From positions 1 to 64,000 of IMG/VR virus record IMGVR_UViG_3300031521_000029: 64,000 bases of DNA. One strand, given 5' to 3'. Below the pieces are notes generated by a model. That model saw only the letters and a program-made list of their open reading frames with translations. It was not told where the DNA came from and did no database searches. The stretch comes from a virus. The translations under genes and the position numbers were made by a program. Numbering within the stretch: position 1 is the first letter of the stretch; every line of letters starts with the position of its first letter. This document shows positions 37,437 through 47,751 of the stretch, piece after piece.

Positions 37437-38291
37437 ATGAAATATCTAATTATTCCAGATGTACATAATCGATGGGAAGTTGCCGAAACTATCATCAACA
37501 AGGTTAAACCTGACATAACGATTTTCTTGGGCGATTATTTTGATGATTTCGGAGATAATCCAGGAATCGTATCAGATACCGCAGATTGGTTTAAGGAATC
37601 TGTTTATAAAAAAGACCGAATTCATCTCTGCGGCAATCACGATGCCCATTATTGGTTTAAAGACAATATTAGAACACGTTGTTCTGGATATGAGCAATTT
37701 AAATCTATCGCAATCAACGATGTGTTAACTCGTAAAGATTGGGAACAATTAAAGTTCTTTCACGTTCTGGACGGAAAGTGGTTGTTGAGTCATGCTGGCG
37801 TTCATCCTGTTTGGATTGACCCTGATAGTTTTAAATCATCCAACATTTCTTCAGCCAAACTGTCTGATGTTGTTGGAAAGCTTGAATATGATTCAATTCA
37901 AGCAACGAAGAATCTTTATGCTAATGGAGAGCATTGGTTCACTTATGCTGGATTCTCCCGTTCAAGCAGGTCACGTAGTTATGGTGGATTACTTTGGTGT
38001 GACTGGACACAAGAATTCAGTCCTATTCGAGGCATTCATCAGATTGTTGGACATACTCCACAACGTTCGTTAAAGTGGGTTGTGGCGCAAAAAGACGTAG
38101 AACAATATGGAATTCTTCTGTTAGAAGATACGTCAGTTACTACAACGTTTGGCAATAACGTTATGTTTAATCAAACATTAAGTGATGAAAATTCATATAA
38201 TATTTGCCTTGATAGTCACCCTGGCTCTCAATACTACGCCATTTATGAAAACGGCGCATTAACGATAAATAAAACCTGCGATTTAAAGTAG
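37437..38291 (+). CDS. calcineurin-like metallophosphoesterase
   Basis: PDVH, LGDYFD, GNHD, SHAG, VGHT; promoter TTGACC-16-TAGACT 8 nt upstream. Confidence 0.9.
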   Translation: MKYLIIPDVHNRWEVAETIINKVKPDITIFLGDYFDDFGDNPGIVSDTADWFKESVYKKDRIHLCGNHDAHYWFKDNIRTRCSGYEQFKSIAINDVLTRKDWEQLKFFHVLDGKWLLSHAGVHPVWIDPDSFKSSNISSAKLSDVVGKLEYDSIQATKNLYANGEHWFTYAGFSRSSRSRSYGGLLWCDWTQEFSPIRGIHQIVGHTPQRSLKWVVAQKDVEQYGILLLEDTSVTTTFGNNVMFNQTLSDENSYNICLDSHPGSQYYAIYENGALTINKTCDLK

Positions 38292-38315
38292 TTTGAAATT
38301 AAAATTGTAGGAACT

Positions 38316-38349
38316 GCCCGTAGTGGAAACATTTCACTACGGGCTTTCT
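38316..38349 (+). terminator. intrinsic terminator
   Basis: GCCCGTAGTG-GAAACATTT-CACTACGGGC followed by TTTCT. Confidence 0.75.
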
Positions 38350-38360
38350 ATTTATTGAAT

Positions 38361-38981
38361 ATGAAGAGAAATTGGAAATATCAAAATAATGGTGAACAAC
38401 TTGATGCTGATGATTCTCCAAAAATCATTACATTAGAAAAGTCTTCGGACTCGATGCCACAAGGAAATAGAATTTACTTTTACTCCGATGTAAATAAAGA
38501 TACTATTCTAAATCTTAACAGACAAATTGACGATTTAACACGACAAATGCAAATGATTCAATTTGGATTTAACCTACCACAACCACCACGTATCGAAATT
38601 CATATTTGTAGTGATGGCGGCGACGTTTTTGCTGGTATGGCAGCCGTTGATAAAATTATGGATAATATAGTTCCGGTTGACACATACTGCGAAGGTATGG
38701 TAGCATCAGCCGCAACCTTGTTATCGGCCGCAGGCAACAAGCGATACATTACAAAAAGTTCTTGTATGTTAGTTCACCAAGTTAGTTCTGGTCTTTGGGG
38801 AAATTACATGCAATTTAAAGATGAAATAAAAAACCTTGAACTATTAATGAACTTAATTAAAGGTGTATATTTGAAAAAAACCAAATTTAACCCAGATGAA
38901 TTGGACGAAATTTTAAGTCACGATTTATGTATGGGCGCACAACAATGTCTTGAATACGGACTCGTTGACGCAATTTTATAA
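38361..38981 (+). CDS. ClpP-like serine protease
   Basis: IHICSDGGDV, ASAAT (Ser), LVHQ (His), HD (Asp), YGLVD. Confidence 0.85.
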   Translation: MKRNWKYQNNGEQLDADDSPKIITLEKSSDSMPQGNRIYFYSDVNKDTILNLNRQIDDLTRQMQMIQFGFNLPQPPRIEIHICSDGGDVFAGMAAVDKIMDNIVPVDTYCEGMVASAATLLSAAGNKRYITKSSCMLVHQVSSGLWGNYMQFKDEIKNLELLMNLIKGVYLKKTKFNPDELDEILSHDLCMGAQQCLEYGLVDAIL

Positions 38982-39078
38982 TTACGCTTGACAACGACGA
39001 CGAACATGATAGTATGGAGAAGTAGTTTAAAACATAAACAGTAGTAAACATATGAGATAGAACAACAAAAGAAATAAT

Positions 39079-39756
39079 ATGAGTGTTATCAACAGAAACA
39101 TTGTCCTAAAGTTAAACAAGAATTGGCAAGCGGTTGGCATTTCCACGGTCGGCAAAGCTATTGTCGATTTGGCCGCAGGAAATTCCGCCCAAGCTCTGGA
39201 CTTTGAATACACAAAGGACGACAATGGAAATTACATCTTAGATGAACACGGGTTGCCCGTTTCAATCTTGCCTGGATATCCTATGCCTGTTGATTGGGAA
39301 ACGTGGGTGACGTTGGCAGTTCGTCCGTGGGAGATGGGAGATGCAATTCACTATGGTAGTGAAGGAAAACACATCATGCGAGCGCCAACCGTCTTGATTG
39401 CCTTGAACTACGCTAAAATGCCTAGGAAGAGTTTTAACGGAAAGCCATCTAGGGATGCAATCTACATTCGTGATGGTGGTATTGACCAATACACTGGCAA
39501 AAAACTAAAAAGAGACGAAGCGACGGTCGACCATATTTTACCTAAGTCCAAGGGTGGTAAAGACGAATGGGAAAACTTGGCTTTAACGAGTAAAGATGTA
39601 AACTCTCGAAAGGGAAATAAACTTAACTCCGAGGCGGGTCTGAGGTTGATTCGTCAGCCTAAAGCGCCAAAAAGCATGAGCGCTATGGAACTAATTCGTG
39701 AAGTTAAACATCCAACGTGGAAGGAACACCTTCCACATTTGATGGAAGTTTCGTAG
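39079..39756 (+). CDS. HNH endonuclease (McrA-like)
   Basis: VLKLN..W, RD...QYTG, TVDHILPKSKGG..EWENL...N..K. Confidence 0.88.
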   Translation: MSVINRNIVLKLNKNWQAVGISTVGKAIVDLAAGNSAQALDFEYTKDDNGNYILDEHGLPVSILPGYPMPVDWETWVTLAVRPWEMGDAIHYGSEGKHIMRAPTVLIALNYAKMPRKSFNGKPSRDAIYIRDGGIDQYTGKKLKRDEATVDHILPKSKGGKDEWENLALTSKDVNSRKGNKLNSEAGLRLIRQPKAPKSMSAMELIREVKHPTWKEHLPHLMEVS

Positions 39757-39780
39757 GGAAACTACTCAATCGGTTAAACC

Positions 39781-39818
39781 AAATAAACTCCTGATAGAAA
39801 TATCAGGAGTTTATTTTT
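39781..39818 (+). terminator. intrinsic (possibly bidirectional) terminator
   Basis: AAATAAACTCCTGATA-GAAA-TATCAGGAGTTTATTT. Confidence 0.8.
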
Positions 39819-40017
39819 GCAATTGTCTAATTATTGTGTAACTATGAAATCCTCCATCAAAAGAATTGTCGAAATAAAAGAAGACGGCGCCACAATTCAA
39901 ATAGAAATTGAAAAATCTATCATCGATTTTTACCAAAAAGAAACAGGCCGAAAGCGTATTACCGCTAAAGGCCTGTCTCAATTTTTTAATCGTTTAATTC
40001 AGAATTTCAACCATTAA
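39817..40017 (+). CDS. hypothetical protein
   Basis: Short ORF. Confidence 0.45.
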   Translation: MQLSNYCVTMKSSIKRIVEIKEDGATIQIEIEKSIIDFYQKETGRKRITAKGLSQFFNRLIQNFNH

Positions 40018-40667
40018 GGAGTTTCATCTACTTCAATAGGAGCGAACGTAAACGCCCTTGACTTTTCAGCCGAACGATAACTAAGCGTACTCTTAGTCAA
40101 CGTATCAAAAGCATATGCGGTACCTGCTGAATCTGCCACATACCCAAGATTATTAGTTACACCCATAGAAGTTCCTACGGCCCATGTATCCTGATTTGCT
40201 CCAATGTAAGCAAAATCCCAACGATAAACTTCAGTTTGATGTTTGACCATTTCTGCAATTTTAACAGAACTATACGAAGCATCTTTAAAGTTCGTAAGTT
40301 TTGAATTGTCTTCACCGTCTGTGATGGTGACGACCAAAACTTTTTCAGGACGTTCAGATTCAGGAAGGGAAGCCAGCTTGGTTCCGATATCTACGATGGT
40401 TTTACCCAAAGAGTCGTACAATGCAGTTCCGCCTCTTGGTTGATATGTTTTTTCTGTTAAATCAGGAACTTTATTGATATCAAGATTCTCAAAAATTGTT
40501 TCGTATTCAGTATCGAATTGATATGCAAATACACGACACTCTCCGATATTTGCATCCTTTTGCGCTTTAATAAAAGCGTTGAAACCACCAATTATGTCAG
40601 AATAAATTGAAGTCATTGAGCCTGACCTATCAATGACAAGTATAATATATGTAAGTCCACTTTTCAT
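40014..40667 (-). CDS. vWA domain protein
   Basis: IDRSGSM, GGTALYD, ITDGEDN, IGAN; start 40667 overlaps the upstream stop. Confidence 0.88.
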   Translation of the reverse strand: MKSGLTYIILVIDRSGSMTSIYSDIIGGFNAFIKAQKDANIGECRVFAYQFDTEYETIFENLDINKVPDLTEKTYQPRGGTALYDSLGKTIVDIGTKLASLPESERPEKVLVVTITDGEDNSKLTNFKDASYSSVKIAEMVKHQTEVYRWDFAYIGANQDTWAVGTSMGVTNNLGYVADSAGTAYAFDTLTKSTLSYRSAEKSRAFTFAPIEVDETP

Positions 40668-40882
40668 AGTTTTATAATAGAAATGTATGTTGTACTTGCT
40701 ACTGGAATCATAGTTTCTTTCAATGATGACCATTTTTTATCTTTAATATTTTTAACTTGACATTCGCCAAGAATTAAATAATCGGATTTCGATATATCTT
40801 TCAATGTTATATGGTTTTGTGATTCCACTTGAGCATTTATTAACATATCATTTAGAGTGTGAATAATTAATTGTGTTTTCAT
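40664..40882 (-). CDS. hypothetical protein
   Basis: 72-aa ORF. Confidence 0.45.
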   Translation of the reverse strand: MKTQLIIHTLNDMLINAQVESQNHITLKDISKSDYLILGECQVKNIKDKKWSSLKETMIPVASTTYISIIKL

Positions 40883-40976
40883 AGGTTCATATTATATACA
40901 TCATCATTAAAAAATCAACACTTTTCATTTTTATAATTGTATTTATACATACAGACAACTAAAACTAATTGATTAA

Positions 40977-41651
40977 ATGTATATGAACGGAATAATTTAT
41001 TGTATCAAAAATAAAATTAATGGAAAATGTTATATTGGTCAAACAACTATAGGATTAAAACAGAGATATCAACTTAATTGGTGGAAAAAAAGTCACAATC
41101 CATACATAAAACATTCAGTTGAAAAATATAAACCAGAAAATTTTGAATTTCAAATATTAGAATCTAATATAACATCTATTGAAAAATTAAATGAATTAGA
41201 ATCTCATTACGCTATAACATTAAATACTTACATACCAAATGGATATAATATGCGTAAATGTGGTGACAATAGATTATGGGCAAAAGAATCAAAAGATAAA
41301 TTATCTGACTCATTAAGTCATGAAACAAAAGTAAAAGAGGTTTTAACAGGAAAAATTATAATCATTAAAAATTTTAGAAAATTTTGTAAAGAAAATAATC
41401 TTGGTTACACTTCTATGATGAATTTGAGATATGGAGTAAGTGACTATTCGCAAGGTTATGTTAGACCAGAAACCAATCCAAATGATACAAAAATGGGAAA
41501 GATTTATGAATTTATGACTCCTACAGGAGAAATAATACGTGGAACTATAACCTCAATATTAAAAAATTATCACAGTATAAAAAGACATAATCTCTATAGC
41601 CTCATAAAAGGAAAATGTAATACCGCTTTAGGTTGGTCATTTATAAAATGA
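40977..41651 (+). CDS. GIY-YIG homing endonuclease (antisense to neighbours)
   Basis: GIIYCIKNKINGKCYIGQT...R...E...GYN. Confidence 0.9.
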   Translation: MYMNGIIYCIKNKINGKCYIGQTTIGLKQRYQLNWWKKSHNPYIKHSVEKYKPENFEFQILESNITSIEKLNELESHYAITLNTYIPNGYNMRKCGDNRLWAKESKDKLSDSLSHETKVKEVLTGKIIIIKNFRKFCKENNLGYTSMMNLRYGVSDYSQGYVRPETNPNDTKMGKIYEFMTPTGEIIRGTITSILKNYHSIKRHNLYSLIKGKCNTALGWSFIK

Positions 41652-42794
41652 TAAATCCGAACTAACCATTTTATCAACGAGATGATAAAAATCTACTTTT
41701 GGGTTCCAACCTAATTCTTCCTTTATTTTTGTCGGGTTGGCCCTAAGAATTTCAACTTCGGAAGGACGGTAAAATTTTGGATTAATTTTTACCAAAGTCG
41801 TACCGACCAACGATGAATCAGGCCCACTTTCGTATTTAAACGTTTCATCTACACCAGTTCCAATCCACTCGCCATCAATTCCAATACATTGGAATGCGTT
41901 TTCAACAAACTCCCTAATACTATGTTTTTCACCACTACCAACAATATAATCTGTAATAAATCGTGATAATGATTTACTATCAGTTGGTCGTGGAAAAATT
42001 CCAATGCCTAATACTGTCTTATGATATTTTTCTTGATTCAACATTCTCCATACGCCATCCATCATATCTTCTGCATCTGACCAATCACGTTGGGCATCAA
42101 TGTTACCAAGTTCCAATGGAACAATCGGTTTACCATTTGTAATAGAATCAAATATACTTGCTACCGCTTTAGTAATTTTTCTTGTAACAAATTCTTCACC
42201 ACGACGAGTTCCTTCGTGATTAAACAACCAACCTTGAACGGCATACATATCATACGATTCTCTATAAACCTTAACTATGGTTCTGGCCGCACATTTAGAC
42301 GCACCGTAAGGACTACGTGGTCTTGATGGATGGTTTTCATCTTGTGGTTCGTAGGAGACGTTTCCAAACTCTTCTGATGAACCGGCATTGTAAAACCTAC
42401 AATCAGATTTTATACGACGAATTGCTTCTAAGCAATCCAATACAGCCGTCGAATTAGACTCCCATGTTTGTCTTGCGAAATCCCACGAAGATGCTACGAA
42501 ACTTTGAGCCGCAAAATTAATGAAGTAATTTGGTTTAGCATACTCAACAATTTTATATATTGAATGAGAATCGGTGAGGTCAAAATTTACTAACTGAAAC
42601 CTTGGTTCGCTCTCAAGGTGACGGAGATTGACGTGATTTTCAACACTCAACCGTCTGGCGCCGCCGATTACAGAGACGTTAGTTTCACGTAAAAGATAGT
42701 CAATCATATGACTACCATCTTGACCCGTAACGCCTGTGATGAATACTACATCCCCTTCAGGACGAACAATATCTTGAATGTTTTTAATCTTCAT
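41637..42794 (-). CDS. gmd: GDP-mannose 4,6-dehydratase
   Basis: ITGVTGQDGS, AAQSFV, AGSSEEFG, PRSPYGASK, LFNHE, FVTRKIT, RDW, RPSEV. Confidence 0.95.
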   Translation of the reverse strand: MKIKNIQDIVRPEGDVVFITGVTGQDGSHMIDYLLRETNVSVIGGARRLSVENHVNLRHLESEPRFQLVNFDLTDSHSIYKIVEYAKPNYFINFAAQSFVASSWDFARQTWESNSTAVLDCLEAIRRIKSDCRFYNAGSSEEFGNVSYEPQDENHPSRPRSPYGASKCAARTIVKVYRESYDMYAVQGWLFNHEGTRRGEEFVTRKITKAVASIFDSITNGKPIVPLELGNIDAQRDWSDAEDMMDGVWRMLNQEKYHKTVLGIGIFPRPTDSKSLSRFITDYIVGSGEKHSIREFVENAFQCIGIDGEWIGTGVDETFKYESGPDSSLVGTTLVKINPKFYRPSEVEILRANPTKIKEELGWNPKVDFYHLVDKMVSSDLSFYK

Positions 42795-42964
42795 GACTCA
42801 TACGTATGTATAGATTCACGTAGAATTTAATTATATTTCGGAATAGTATTTTTTATTTTCAAATGACATATTTGTATTTCATCTCAATGTTATCATAATA
42901 CCAATGACCAACATCATGAGTTGAACTGTTTGCGTGTGACAAACGTAACCACTCTTTATACCAA

Positions 42965-43429
42965 TCAGAATTTATCCAATCCGTCGTCATCTTCATCGGA
43001 TTTATCTGGTTGCTCTCCGTTTTTGAATTTTGAAAATTTTTTATGGAATTCATCGAAATTATCCTCCGTTAATCCTAACATGTTTACTATCGCATTTATG
43101 ATATAACAAGAGTGATACTTATCTATATTTTTTTCGGATAACTTCTTTGCAATCATGGATGCAAAATAAGTTAACTCCATTATCCTCTTTTTTTCTTCGG
43201 CGTCTTCTACACTATCAACTATTAAACCGGGAATCTTTTTTGTCTGGATGTCCTTTTGTGTATCTTTTATTATTGACATTCGTAACAATTCATGTAAAGC
43301 TACAGCATCAATTTTTGCTGACTTTATTTTGTCACGTAATTTTTTAACATCCTTCGCAGTGACCTTTTTAGCAATTGAGAATGTAGTTAAAATTCCTTCT
43401 TTGGCTAATATGTGATTAGTCGTGTGCAT
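42965..43429 (-). CDS. hypothetical protein
   Basis: 154-aa ORF; TATTTATT upstream. Confidence 0.6.
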   Translation of the reverse strand: MHTTNHILAKEGILTTFSIAKKVTAKDVKKLRDKIKSAKIDAVALHELLRMSIIKDTQKDIQTKKIPGLIVDSVEDAEEKKRIMELTYFASMIAKKLSEKNIDKYHSCYIINAIVNMLGLTEDNFDEFHKKFSKFKNGEQPDKSDEDDDGLDKF

Positions 43430-43449
43430 ATGTTAATAAATATACAAAA

Positions 43450-44178
43450 TTAAAATCTAGCCTCTACATTTCGGGGAGAACCTTGTATTCTATCTGGGTC
43501 AACGAAGTTGAATTCTACTTTACCTCTGCGAATATAACCACGGCCCATTAAAAACATACAATTATAACAAAGTATTTCTATATTCTCTAATAAATGGTTT
43601 TTTTCATTACCATCTTTAAAACTTATTAACAATGGCATTTTTTGGTCTGTTATTCGATGCTCACTGAAGCCACAATTTTCACATTTTGCCGCTTTGGTTC
43701 CACTTCTAATTACCATGTCTTTTAATCGGTATATTGGATAGTCTGGAAACTTACCTTCTAGGATTTGATTAAGAGGATATTTTCCTTTATTTGGAGACCA
43801 GTAATGTTTTCTATCACCTTTACCACATGGATTGGTTTTAAACAGATTGTATGTCTTTGCCCATCTTTTATAGAAATTATATCCAACGCCAAGATACTTT
43901 GCGCAACTAGCTGCGCTGTTAGCATGTTGTTGAGCATCCAATATTTCAGATTCTAACAAAGGTCTTGACCCTCTTCCTTTTTTAATTCTACTAGAAACAG
44001 ACTTAATTATGCCCATTGCTTTCAAATCTTCTTCTGGAAGTTTCAATTCTTCCAATATTTTATTGTTTTCAATATTGGCTATTTTTTGTTTCATCTCTTG
44101 TAGTTCTTTAACTACAACATCTAAAACTCTACTTTCCAATTGAGCCGGAGTCTGGCTGCTTGATATCATTTGTTCCAT
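43450..44178 (-). CDS. HTH plus degenerate HNH-like protein
   Basis: AASCAKYLGV HTH-like; CENCG...DGN..N...LENIEILCYNC. Confidence 0.65.
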   Translation of the reverse strand: MEQMISSSQTPAQLESRVLDVVVKELQEMKQKIANIENNKILEELKLPEEDLKAMGIIKSVSSRIKKGRGSRPLLESEILDAQQHANSAASCAKYLGVGYNFYKRWAKTYNLFKTNPCGKGDRKHYWSPNKGKYPLNQILEGKFPDYPIYRLKDMVIRSGTKAAKCENCGFSEHRITDQKMPLLISFKDGNEKNHLLENIEILCYNCMFLMGRGYIRRGKVEFNFVDPDRIQGSPRNVEARF

Positions 44179-44521
44179 CGTCGCCTTTCAGACTTTCATT
44201 ACGAAGGTCATTGCCATACATCGTCATAAAATTTTTACGCATTATTTCAGCTTTATGATGAATACCAGCGTTAATTAATACGTGATATGTATTATAACAA
44301 ATATGTTTGGCCGGTTTTAAAAAATCTTTTTTTTCCCAACATTCAATTATAACTCCGACTTTAAAGTCGGATAGATTTTGTCTTTTTTCTACTGCTCTGG
44401 TTGCAGCTTCAACGTAAATATCATCAAATATATCCGAATCGATGTTAAATTCATCCATCCAGAAATCTGCGCATTTTACGACAACTTTTTTAATGTTTGA
44501 CGACTTCATATACTTTTTCAT
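44129..44521 (-). CDS. hypothetical protein
   Basis: 130-aa ORF. Confidence 0.6.
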   Translation of the reverse strand: MKKYMKSSNIKKVVVKCADFWMDEFNIDSDIFDDIYVEAATRAVEKRQNLSDFKVGVIIECWEKKDFLKPAKHICYNTYHVLINAGIHHKAEIMRKNFMTMYGNDLRNESLKGDDGTNDIKQPDSGSIGK

Positions 44522-46155
44522 ATGCTTAAATCTAAATCACCATCATTTAAAAGGTCAAGGTTCTTAAGCTTTTCCTTTACATTCTCACAAACTTGTTCTT
44601 CAACTGTATTTGCCACAAACACAATTTTCTGAACACTTTTGCTTTTTCCATTTTCTCTCCATACTCTTCCGGTTGCCTGTCTCATTAACACTGCCGAATA
44701 ACTTGGTGACATTAATGCCAATCTAGGATTCAATCCATGAATATCATGAAGTGATAACCCTGCGCCGCCGGATTGAATGTTTACCAAAATTACTCTTTCC
44801 TTACCTGACTGAAAATCATCGACGTTCTGTTGTCTTTCATCATCTTTAGTCTTACCGTCAAAAATACATTTAGTATTAAGTCTTTTGGCTATAGCCTGTA
44901 ATGTTTCCGTAAAATTAACAAACACTACAATTGACATTCCACCTTCAAGACCTTCCTCAATCATATCAATAAATAAAGGAACCTTGATTAATTCTATTTG
45001 TTGTCTTGCTCTAAGAATCGCCGTAAGTTCACTAACTTTATCTGCCTTGGATAATTTAGCGAGTTTTAACAATTCCTTCTTCATATCAGAATGAATGTCA
45101 TTAATTTTTTTAACATCAACTTCATCCATGTTATAACAATCAGCAATAACCTCCGATTCAGGAAAGTTTGGAATTGTATCTCTTGTAAGACGAGTCCCAC
45201 GATTGACAAATATATCAGTATGAAGTTTCTTTAATACTTTTTGCCTTAACTTAATATCAGTTGTAAATTCCAATCCAAATCGCCCTTTAGAAACTCCATG
45301 TTCATAACACCACTGATAATATTGATTAGCTCCTTTAAATAGCTTTAAGCAAGTTCCAATTGTTCTAAGTTCTAATGGATTTGTAGCATTTGTTGCAGAA
45401 CAGAATAACATTTTATATTCTTGTTTCAATGCTTCCATGCAGGTTTTTGAATTCTTAGTTTTCCAATTCTTTAATTTTTGAGATTCATCCCAAATGATAA
45501 GAGTATTTTTTGGAATTTTCCATACAAACTTTTTCTTATGCGTCTTTCTATTTTCAACATAAGAAGCGAACGGAGAATCAGTTTTACCGATTCGAATCTG
45601 TTCATAGTTTACAATACCAACTAAATCATTTTTCATATCAAAATGATTGGTAATTACACGTCTCCACGATTCCATAACAGCTTTCGGACAAATTACTAAA
45701 ATCTTAGATTTCAATTCTCTCGCCACCGCACAACCGACATAAGTCTTACCTACGCCTACATCGGAACCATCAATAGCGCATCCAGTCGTGTTAATTGCAG
45801 TAACCAATCTACCAACGGAGTCAATTTGCCATGGACGTAGTCCGTTTGTATTTTTTACCTTATAGGGGGGTAGCCAAAACTCGTCGATGGCCTCTGGTGG
45901 TGGGGTGGGTGGCTTTTGTCCATCAATTTCTACAAAATTTGCCACATCGGTCTTGGTTTCGTAAAGATACCAATTATCATCTACTTTTGCAATAGAAAAT
46001 CCTTGATTCCATAAATGATATTTAGCAGTATTCCAAAACGAAAAAAACGAAGACCTATATTCGATAGGAATACACCACATACGACGCCACATCATGTCGC
46101 CATCTTTATTTTCCCACTGATATGGGTCTGACCAAGATATTTCTAAATTAAGCAT
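44518..46155 (-). CDS. SF2 (SNF2-like) helicase
   Basis: LRPWQ, GVGKT, IWDESQ, SAT, GGAGLSL, QATGRVWR. Confidence 0.9.
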   Translation of the reverse strand: MLNLEISWSDPYQWENKDGDMMWRRMWCIPIEYRSSFFSFWNTAKYHLWNQGFSIAKVDDNWYLYETKTDVANFVEIDGQKPPTPPPEAIDEFWLPPYKVKNTNGLRPWQIDSVGRLVTAINTTGCAIDGSDVGVGKTYVGCAVARELKSKILVICPKAVMESWRRVITNHFDMKNDLVGIVNYEQIRIGKTDSPFASYVENRKTHKKKFVWKIPKNTLIIWDESQKLKNWKTKNSKTCMEALKQEYKMLFCSATNATNPLELRTIGTCLKLFKGANQYYQWCYEHGVSKGRFGLEFTTDIKLRQKVLKKLHTDIFVNRGTRLTRDTIPNFPESEVIADCYNMDEVDVKKINDIHSDMKKELLKLAKLSKADKVSELTAILRARQQIELIKVPLFIDMIEEGLEGGMSIVVFVNFTETLQAIAKRLNTKCIFDGKTKDDERQQNVDDFQSGKERVILVNIQSGGAGLSLHDIHGLNPRLALMSPSYSAVLMRQATGRVWRENGKSKSVQKIVFVANTVEEQVCENVKEKLKNLDLLNDGDLDLSI

Positions 46156-46218
46156 ATTTATTCACATCTACAATCATATCGATTAAGTTATAAATTGTAG
46201 AGTAAAACATAAAATTAT

Positions 46219-46548
46219 TTAAAATTTGCCTCTATCTTCAAACCGATTAATGGCATCACTTCCAAATTCTTCATTTTTAAAATTGGATAGTTCATGAACA
46301 TCAGTTCGCATATAACTTCCATTTCTTACTATGCCTATGTTAAACTGGTCAGCCATAGCTCGTGTAATCATGACGCCTTGAGGGTCGTCATAACCATGTC
46401 CCAAATCTATAAGATTTTGAACATATTCTTTCCTAGAAATTTTAAATGCCCTAGGAATCATAGCATTTAAATACGCAACGAGTTCTGGTACCGTATTAAA
46501 GGTAACATATTGTCTTATCGTCGAATCTTGTATATATAATTTATTCAT
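46219..46548 (-). CDS. hypothetical protein
   Basis: Likely start at ATG 46548. Confidence 0.55.
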   Translation of the reverse strand: MNKLYIQDSTIRQYVTFNTVPELVAYLNAMIPRAFKISRKEYVQNLIDLGHGYDDPQGVMITRAMADQFNIGIVRNGSYMRTDVHELSNFKNEEFGSDAINRFEDRGKF

Positions 46549-46630
46549 ATCCACTATATGTAGTGTCAACAATCTTATTATGTAGTAAGATTGTGTGAAT
46601 TACAAGTTATTATATCTACAACGACTTATT

Positions 46631-47746
46631 TTAACCGTTTGTGGAGGGAGGTGTGTCTACAATGACTGATGTAGATGGAGGTGTTACAATTATTGGTGAA
46701 GCAGCAACTACAGGCGTTACCGTAGATGTTATGGTAGGTATGACAGAAGAAGTAACAGTGGTCGTGACAACAGCAGGCTTTGACCAACCCAATTCAACTT
46801 TCATCTTATCGATATTTGCTTTGTCTGCATCGGTCATTGTGGATTTTGCATTGTCCAATAAATCTTGAAGTGTGGCGACTTTGCCCGTCCCTGCGGCCTG
46901 TAATTTAGCAGTTTCTACAGAATCAACTACCGCCTTAAGTGCATTCTTGGTAGATGAATATGCTTCCACTGACACATTGCCTGCAATTGATAACGCTTTA
47001 GGTAAAATTAAGGATATGGTGTTTATTGCCCAACTCCCCATTTGTTCAAAGATATTAAATATCGCCGACGCAATTGGATTTGAAGTGGCTAAAATTCTAA
47101 GAATCAAAAATATTAATCCGCCTATACCCAAAAACCATGCCATACGAATAACTAATTTATGAACTCCATACCATATTGCGCCTAAACCACCCCAACTATC
47201 CATCTGATTTAATGTTGATTTGTATTGGTCTGCTGCCTGTGCATTTGCATCGGCCTGTTTCAATGCATCTGCAACCGCATCTTCTCGTTGTGCGATAAGT
47301 TTTTTATCCTGTTCTTGGATTTTTACCGTTTCTTTATCTTTCAATGCCAATGCTTTTTCGCCAGCTATTCTAACTTCTTTTACTTGAGAAAGTAAATCAT
47401 CTACTATTCCTTGAATTAGTTCAACTTCTTTAAAATCTGGTTTGCCTGCCAATGCTTCAATTCTAGCATTCATCTCTTTAGCTACAACAACTTCGTTTGG
47501 AACATTTGTAGTAATTTGATTCAAAGCATGTTCTACGCCCCCCTGGGACCACGCCCCAATATGGGCAAGTTTATCTTCATTAGCTTGAGCTTGTTGATTC
47601 TCAACTATACGAATTTGTGTATCTGTCTTTTTATTATTAGCTTGAGCTTTTCCAAACACTCCTTGATTATTATCAAGAATTGTTGAACATCCGGCCGCCA
47701 ACAAAATTGAAACGCCAACTATAAAACCACATATAAACTTATTCAT
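46631..47746 (-). CDS. lipoprotein with coiled coil and internal transmembrane segment
   Basis: Lipobox LAAG|C; helical region; TM MAWFLGIGGLIFLILRIL; Thr/Pro/Val tail. Confidence 0.7.
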   Translation of the reverse strand: MNKFICGFIVGVSILLAAGCSTILDNNQGVFGKAQANNKKTDTQIRIVENQQAQANEDKLAHIGAWSQGGVEHALNQITTNVPNEVVVAKEMNARIEALAGKPDFKEVELIQGIVDDLLSQVKEVRIAGEKALALKDKETVKIQEQDKKLIAQREDAVADALKQADANAQAADQYKSTLNQMDSWGGLGAIWYGVHKLVIRMAWFLGIGGLIFLILRILATSNPIASAIFNIFEQMGSWAINTISLILPKALSIAGNVSVEAYSSTKNALKAVVDSVETAKLQAAGTGKVATLQDLLDNAKSTMTDADKANIDKMKVELGWSKPAVVTTTVTSSVIPTITSTVTPVVAASPIIVTPPSTSVIVDTPPSTNG

Positions 47747-47751
47747 AAACT

